NCBI RefSeq assembly: GCF_003334335.1
Contig: NZ_QOWQ01000179.1
Direction: 5' to 3' (one strand)
DNA length: 506 nt
Origin: Escherichia coli
Lineage (GTDB): Bacteria; Pseudomonadota; Gammaproteobacteria; Enterobacterales; Enterobacteriaceae
The notes beneath the pieces were generated by a model. That model saw only the letters and a list, made by a program, of their open reading frames with translations, did no database searches and was not told where the DNA came from. The position numbers and the translations under genes are program-made. Positions within the stretch are counted from its first letter, which is position 1. Each line of letters starts with the position of its first letter. Of this stretch, positions 1 to 506 are shown piece by piece.

Positions 1-506
1 CTGAGCTCGGTTTCAAGCGCCAGCATGGCTGCATGCGCCCGGTCTTCCTGGCGCTCACCGGCAGACACCTTCACACCGGACGGCTTTTTCTGCGTCGACT
101 CATAATCCTTTTTTGCCGACGCCATCAGCGTGTTGTAATCCGCCTGCAGGATTTTCCCGTCTTTCAGGGCCTTATTCAGCTCTTCCTGCCGGGCGGTATA
201 TTTCTCCAGTGGCGTCAGCAGGCGCTCATACGCCTTCTGCGCCTCTCCGGTATACTTCAGCTGTGACGACTCACGCTCAGCCCTGTCCCTTGCCGCCAGT
301 TCACCGGCTTTTTCCATATCCGACTGCAGCGTTGCCGCTGCCAGACCCAGACGGGCATTTTCCCGGTCATCCCATGCGCCCTGAAGGTTGGCCCGGAAAG
401 AGGAGGTTTTACCGCGGCGCTGGCTCCGGCTCTGGTACCACTGCCATTTTTTATCCGCCTCATCAAATGCCTTCTGCGCACTGGCGAGCATATCCGCTGA
501 GGATTC
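1..506 (-). CDS. H: Phage tail tape measure (tail length determination) protein, lambda gpH family; internal fragment, truncated at both window edges
   Basis: Seen directly: the minus-strand frame with first complete codon at 506..504 has no stop codon over 168 codons (506..3; bases 2..1 are a partial codon). Translation: ESSADMLASAQKAFDEADKKWQWYQSRSQRRGKTSSFRANLQGAWDDRENARLGLAAATLQSDMEKAGELAARDRAERESSQLKYTGEAQKAYERLLTPLEKYTARQEELNKALKDGKILQADYNTLMASAKKDYESTQKKPSGVKVSAGERQEDRAHAAMLALETEL. The two ORFs in the supplied track are shorter and lie in other frames. Composition is rich in A/E/K/Q/L/R, as expected for a helical tape measure protein, and GC is about 58.7% (297/506 by hand count). From memory, not a search: the stretch LKYTGEAQKAYERLLTPLEKYTARQEELNKALKDGKILQADYNTLMASAKKDYE closely matches the central region of phage lambda gpH, and the upstream WDDRE motif aligns at the same spacing (39 residues) as in lambda. 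The gene symbol H is the lambda name for this family; this is a homolog, not lambda H itself. Confidence 0.9.

Noticed and set aside
152-158. GGGAAAA heptamer on the coding strand, resembling a -1 frameshift slippery site (compare lambda G/GT, G GGA AAG)
   Set aside because: The register is wrong for canonical X_XXY_YYZ slippage (codons here are GAC GGG AAA ATC). No downstream structure is evident, and a frameshift in the middle of a tape measure gene has no known rationale; the lambda-type frameshift lies in the upstream chaperone gene, outside this window.
33-266. Plus-strand ORF of 77 aa from the supplied track (MRPVFLALTGRHLH...)
   Set aside because: It is antisense to the stop-free tape measure frame that spans the whole window. 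Its L/R-rich low-complexity product is what the reverse complement of an E/K/Q/A-rich coding sequence is expected to give. No ribosome-binding site precedes its ATG, and it ends at an internal TGA (264..266).
396-410. Strong Shine-Dalgarno-like motif GAAAGAGGAGGTTTT on the plus strand
   Set aside because: There is no ATG, GTG or TTG within 5-13 nt downstream; the next plus-strand ATG is about 60 nt away at 467..469. The plus strand here is antisense to the real gene, and the motif is simply the complement of in-frame codons (AAA ACC TCC TCT TTC, K-T-S-S-F).
257-481. Minus-strand ORF of 74 aa from the supplied track (MRRRHLMRRIKNGSG...)
   Set aside because: It is on the right strand but in the wrong frame. 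It is bounded by stops, whereas the adjacent frame is open across all 506 bp and carries the recognisable tape measure sequence. Its R/W/G-rich translation looks like an out-of-frame artefact.
1-506. Several 6-bp palindromic restriction sites (GAGCTC 3..8, GCATGC 31..36, GTCGAC 95..100, CTGCAG 144..149 and 324..329, CCGCGG 412..417, GGTACC 434..439) that might suggest a cloning vector or polylinker
   Set aside because: The sites are scattered across 440 bp within a continuous natural coding frame, not clustered as in a polylinker. This number of hexamer palindromes is unremarkable for about 59% GC sequence.
1-506. Possibility that the window contains a novel or undescribed system (defence island, toxin, embedded gene)
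   Set aside because: Every base is accounted for by one well-known structural gene family, with no intergenic space, no credible second ORF and no repeat array. Nothing in the sequence supports such a claim.

Overview
The whole 506-bp window is an internal fragment of a single protein-coding gene on the minus strand: a lambdoid phage tail tape measure protein (lambda gpH family). The reading frame whose first complete codon is 506..504 is stop-free across all 168 codons and runs off both window edges. From about position 260 down to 3, its translation matches, from my memory of lambda gpH, the central helical region almost residue for residue; the part encoded by about 261..506 is clearly homologous but much more diverged. 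No RNA gene, CRISPR array, mobile-element end, promoter or terminator can be supported. Both ORFs in the supplied track (plus 33..266 and minus 257..481) are out-of-frame or antisense artefacts inside this gene. I see no evidence of a novel or undescribed system here; this looks like ordinary structural-module DNA of a lambda-like prophage or phage, probably in an enterobacterial host. Minor points worth a second look are the mosaic conservation pattern, an exact 11-bp in-frame direct repeat, and A-run lysine codons. All homology statements rest on recalled reference sequence, not a database search, and need confirming by alignment.
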